A DNA stretch of 64,000 bases from an uncultured bacterium. Lineage in GTDB: Bacteria > Zhuqueibacterota > QNDG01 > DSAB01. The stretch is from assembly GCA_964537715.1 (NCBI GenBank), contig CAZIAH010000003.1:15331-79330 (forward strand). Reading direction: 5' to 3'. Under the pieces are notes generated by a model. It saw only the letters and a list, made by a program, of their open reading frames with translations, was not told where the DNA came from and searched no databases. Position 1 is the first letter of the stretch; each line of letters begins with the position of its first letter. Shown here piece after piece: positions 60,971 to 64,000 of this stretch. A program made the translations under genes and the position numbers.

Positions 60971-62002
60971 TCAACTCATTGACTGAACCGTATCTATAAA
61001 TGCTTTGATATTTTCAGTAGATACACCCGGCGGCATGCCTCCTCCGCATGAGAAAATCACTCCGGTTGTGTTCTCCAATTCCTCGATGAGTTTTTGAACA
61101 GCAACTTTAATGTCTTCGGGAGTACCTTTTGCCAAAACATCCCTTGGCGGAATATTTCCCAGCATGACAACTTTGTTACCAGTTACCTGTCTCAAATCGT
61201 TGAGAGAAACCTCGAAATCCATATTAAACAGATTCACGCCGATTTCGGGCAGATAGGGTGCCGAGATTTTACAGGATGCATCGTTGTGGAGAAATTTCAC
61301 GGAAACATCCGAATCGTACAATTCCTTGAAATAGGGCAATCCGAACGTTTTAAATTCCTCCTCTCCGACAAAACCGATAATGTCATCCAAAAGCAGAATG
61401 CCGTCGATACTGGGAATAGTCTCTCTTTGCAATTGCAGCCATTCTTTCAGAAAGGTCGTTATTTTATTTATCAGAACTTTTGCTTTGTCAGGTTCCATCA
61501 TCATGGTAGTGAGGAATTCGGTGGAGCCCATCAGGTAACTGGCGATATTCAGCGGACCCCTTGCCACGGCGAAACGGATTTGATGACCAGCATCCTCGAT
61601 TTTGGACCGGGCCAGTTTCAGTCGATTCAACATAAATGGAAGCAGTCCATCGGTTTTCGGATTGGGTACCGGCAAATCATCAATTTCTGAAGACGAACGA
61701 ATTACTTTATGCGCATGAGGAAATTCATTTTGCGGAAAATTGGACCGTGCCCCGAATGCCGAAGGTTCCGTGCACATCCCGTATTCTGACCAGAATCCCG
61801 GAAGAAACATGATATCAGGAAATGTGTTTATCGCTTTGAAGTTGGCTTCCAACCAGAGCGTATCATTGGAAAAATAATTGAGAATGGACATGCCGGCCCA
61901 ATTCGGCAGCCAGGGACAGTCGATGATAAATCCCACTGGCAACGGTTTCAGTTTTTCTCCCTTGATCACTCTCAGTAAATCATTCCATTGTTTGTCAGTC
62001 AT
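60971..62002 (-). CDS. Uroporphyrinogen decarboxylase (URO-D) family protein, MtaA/CmuA-like
   Basis: URO-D fold-length TIM barrel; ...PPGVSTENIKAFIDTV tail similar to the methylcobamide:CoM methyltransferase family. Confidence 0.55.
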   Translation of the reverse strand: MTDKQWNDLLRVIKGEKLKPLPVGFIIDCPWLPNWAGMSILNYFSNDTLWLEANFKAINTFPDIMFLPGFWSEYGMCTEPSAFGARSNFPQNEFPHAHKVIRSSSEIDDLPVPNPKTDGLLPFMLNRLKLARSKIEDAGHQIRFAVARGPLNIASYLMGSTEFLTTMMMEPDKAKVLINKITTFLKEWLQLQRETIPSIDGILLLDDIIGFVGEEEFKTFGLPYFKELYDSDVSVKFLHNDASCKISAPYLPEIGVNLFNMDFEVSLNDLRQVTGNKVVMLGNIPPRDVLAKGTPEDIKVAVQKLIEELENTTGVIFSCGGGMPPGVSTENIKAFIDTVQSMS

Positions 62003-62287
62003 ATACCTACCCTTTTCATTTTCAATTCAAATCAATCCATTGATCGCACTTTGATATGTTCTTCGGTTTATTCTGTATTTTACAAATAATAAAAATAATT
62101 GAATATAAAATACTGCATAATTTTTTATCGATCAAGTTATATTTCCCGCAAAATGAAATACTTCAAAAAATGACAACTTTGCAAAGAAATACAATACGGT
62201 TTGCAAAAACAAACACAAAATTATGTGAATATAAAAATACTCAATGGTAATTAAAAAACGAATGAACCATTGGGAAATTGAAGGCTT

Positions 62288-62959
62288 CTAATAATTTTGG
62301 AGTTTTCCATCTCTTAGCGTATATGCCTTGTCGGCCATTTCTGATGAAAAATGTCCATGTGTAGTTATCAGCAAGCCGGATTGATTGTCTTGAACAGCCT
62401 GGTATAGCAGATTAACAATCACCATGCCCGTATCTGGATCCACATCACCTGCTGGCTCATCAGCAAGAATCAATCTGGGTTTGCGCACAAGTGTTCTCGC
62501 AATGGCGACCCTTTGCTGCTCGCCTATACTTGCCTGATGCGGCAAATGGTTCAGTCGATGGCCCAAGCCGAGCTTTGACAACATCTGACTGGCCAGATCA
62601 CGCCGTGTGGTTCGATCAAGCTTTTGGATAAGCGCCGCCTCCACATTTTCAAGAAGCGTCCAGGAAGGAATGAGATTGTGATTTTGGAAGATAATTCCGA
62701 TATCAAACCGACGAAGTCGGGTCAACTGCTCTGATGATAATTGAGACAGCAAATTTCCACGAATCCAAATCTTGCCTGAACTGGGTCGATCCAGACCGGA
62801 AACGAGGGAAAGCAGCAGCGATTTCCCTGCACCACTTTCTCCGTTGATGACCACTTTTTCACCTGCTTCCACTGAAAAGGAAATCTCTTTGAGCGGAGTA
62901 ATCCGTTCATTTTGAATACGGAAGGACTTGGAAACATTCTGACATTGCAGTAGCATCAT
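62288..62959 (-). CDS. ABC transporter ATP-binding protein (LolD/FtsE/MacB-type)
   Basis: Walker A GESGAGKSLL, Q-loop, signature, Walker B ILADEP. Confidence 0.85.
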   Translation of the reverse strand: MMLLQCQNVSKSFRIQNERITPLKEISFSVEAGEKVVINGESGAGKSLLLSLVSGLDRPSSGKIWIRGNLLSQLSSEQLTRLRRFDIGIIFQNHNLIPSWTLLENVEAALIQKLDRTTRRDLASQMLSKLGLGHRLNHLPHQASIGEQQRVAIARTLVRKPRLILADEPAGDVDPDTGMVIVNLLYQAVQDNQSGLLITTHGHFSSEMADKAYTLRDGKLQNY

Positions 62960-62970
62960 TGGGATCCGTG

Positions 62971-64000
62971 TTAAATCGTGCCCAAATTGTCAATCGGTAA
63001 TTTCCGAGTAAAGATCCACGCAGGTAAAATTCCGACAATAAAACCGCCGACTAATGTGAGAGCAATCGCAGCACCAAGTAAAGACCAAGGGACAACAAAC
63101 GCTCCCTTCTGCAACAACAGAAACGTTAGGATGAGTGCCATGAATGCGCCTATCACAGCACCAAGTAGAGCCTGAATCATGGCTTCATAAAAAATCAGTA
63201 TGCCTATGGCGCGTCTTCCCCACCCCATGGAACAGAGAATACCGATGTCCCGTTTTCGTTCGTTCACCGATGTCAACTGGGTTTGCAGAGCAAGAAATGT
63301 TGCAAAAAGAAAGATGAGGATAGTGAGTAATCTCAGCACATGATCCTGCAGAATCATGACTTTGGAAGCAGGTTTAAAACACCCGTAAGTCGATATCAGT
63401 CCGGAAGATCCAATTAAATTCTTCACGTCCTCCATGGCCTGCCGATGAACGCGGGCACCAGCGGATTCGACAAGGATGATATTCATGATGTCTTGCACAG
63501 GGACAGATGCACTCCGGCTCAAAACCGATTCCGTTTCACGGATAACCATGTACACGTCTGCCTTGGCCGGCCGAATGCCCGGATTGACAATACCGATAAC
63601 TTGATAGGACTTGCCTTCGATTTCTAATGACGCGCCCGTTTTTAGATTGTGCAGTAGGGCAAAGGACTGTTCCAGCATGACCACATCTGTATCCTGAGCA
63701 CACAAAAACCGTCCGCTGACCAGATCGCTGGCCGAACAACTGGTGCTGGCCACAGCCATCGCGTTTTCGGGATCAAATCCGCCAATCAACATCATGGACT
63801 TATGAAAATGGATTCGAAACAGCAAAAAAGGAGAGGCATCGGCTACGGACCGCAATCGAGAGATTTGAGTGATCAATTCTCGGGGCAAAGGTTGTGAAGG
63901 TGCACCATTGGCCACAAAACCTTCGTCGGATTCTTCGTCAAAGAATGGAGGTGCACAACAGTAAGGTTTATACGCAATAAAGTGCGTGCCGGTATGTATC
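62971..64000 (-). CDS. FtsX-like ABC permease (LolC/E or MacB type), N-terminally truncated by the window edge
   Basis: C-terminal four-TM FtsX domain. The called start is GTG at 63915 and the true start probably lies beyond 64000. Confidence 0.7.
   Translation of the reverse strand, partial: IHTGTHFIAYKPYCCAPPFFDEESDEGFVANGAPSQPLPRELITQISRLRSVADASPFLLFRIHFHKSMMLIGGFDPENAMAVASTSCSASDLVSGRFLCAQDTDVVMLEQSFALLHNLKTGASLEIEGKSYQVIGIVNPGIRPAKADVYMVIRETESVLSRSASVPVQDIMNIILVESAGARVHRQAMEDVKNLIGSSGLISTYGCFKPASKVMILQDHVLRLLTILIFLFATFLALQTQLTSVNERKRDIGILCSMGWGRRAIGILIFYEAMIQALLGAVIGAFMALILTFLLLQKGAFVVPWSLLGAAIALTLVGGFIVGILPAWIFTRKLPIDNLGTI

Overview
This 64 kb window looks like a contig from a T9SS-bearing FCB-group bacterium (Bacteroidota/Ignavibacteriota-like) at roughly 45-50% GC. 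Three proteins end in a Por/T9SS C-terminal sorting domain, the sigma-70 is short, and rpoN, hppA and an lptCAB/kds cluster are all present.

The central 20-40 kb is a conserved housekeeping backbone on the minus strand: argF, hslVU, hflKC, rpoN, rpoD-like, fabK-fabF, lptB-lptA-lptC-kdsD-kdsC-kdsA-pyrG-kdsB-gatC, and folK-folB-SDR.

The flanks look accessory. At the 5' end sit two tandem Spy/CpxP-like periplasmic genes followed by a 1056-aa T9SS cargo protein that fuses two DUF1566 (Lcl) domains to an arylsulfotransferase-like beta-propeller. Next is a low-GC three-gene glycosylation island (GT-C-like membrane protein, GtrB-like GT2, SAM methyltransferase). After that is a 1357-aa T9SS cargo built from three modules of plant-type 24-residue LRRs plus Ig-like domains. 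Then come an NlpC/P60 lipoprotein, a GAF (fRMsr) gene, a proline dehydrogenase interrupted by an in-frame TAA, and an EPS-type cluster (GT2, GT4, deacetylase-like, Wzx flippase, GT4).

The 3' flank has a TamA-sized Omp85 translationally overlapped with a 1131-aa beta-barrel-like OMP, an NHL-repeat protein, H+-pyrophosphatase, and a tRNA-Lys(CUU) flanked by two uncharacterised genes (one with an HprK-like P-loop domain). Further downstream is a secreted CAZyme set (GH35/42-like, GH105/88+CBM35+T9SS CTD, GH3+PA14), an AEC transporter, a URO-D-family protein, and a LolD/FtsX-like ABC pair that runs off the window edge.

No CRISPR, transposase or integrase was recognised. The ORF track evidently allows GTG/TTG starts, so several starts were re-evaluated; pyrG appears to need a CTG start.
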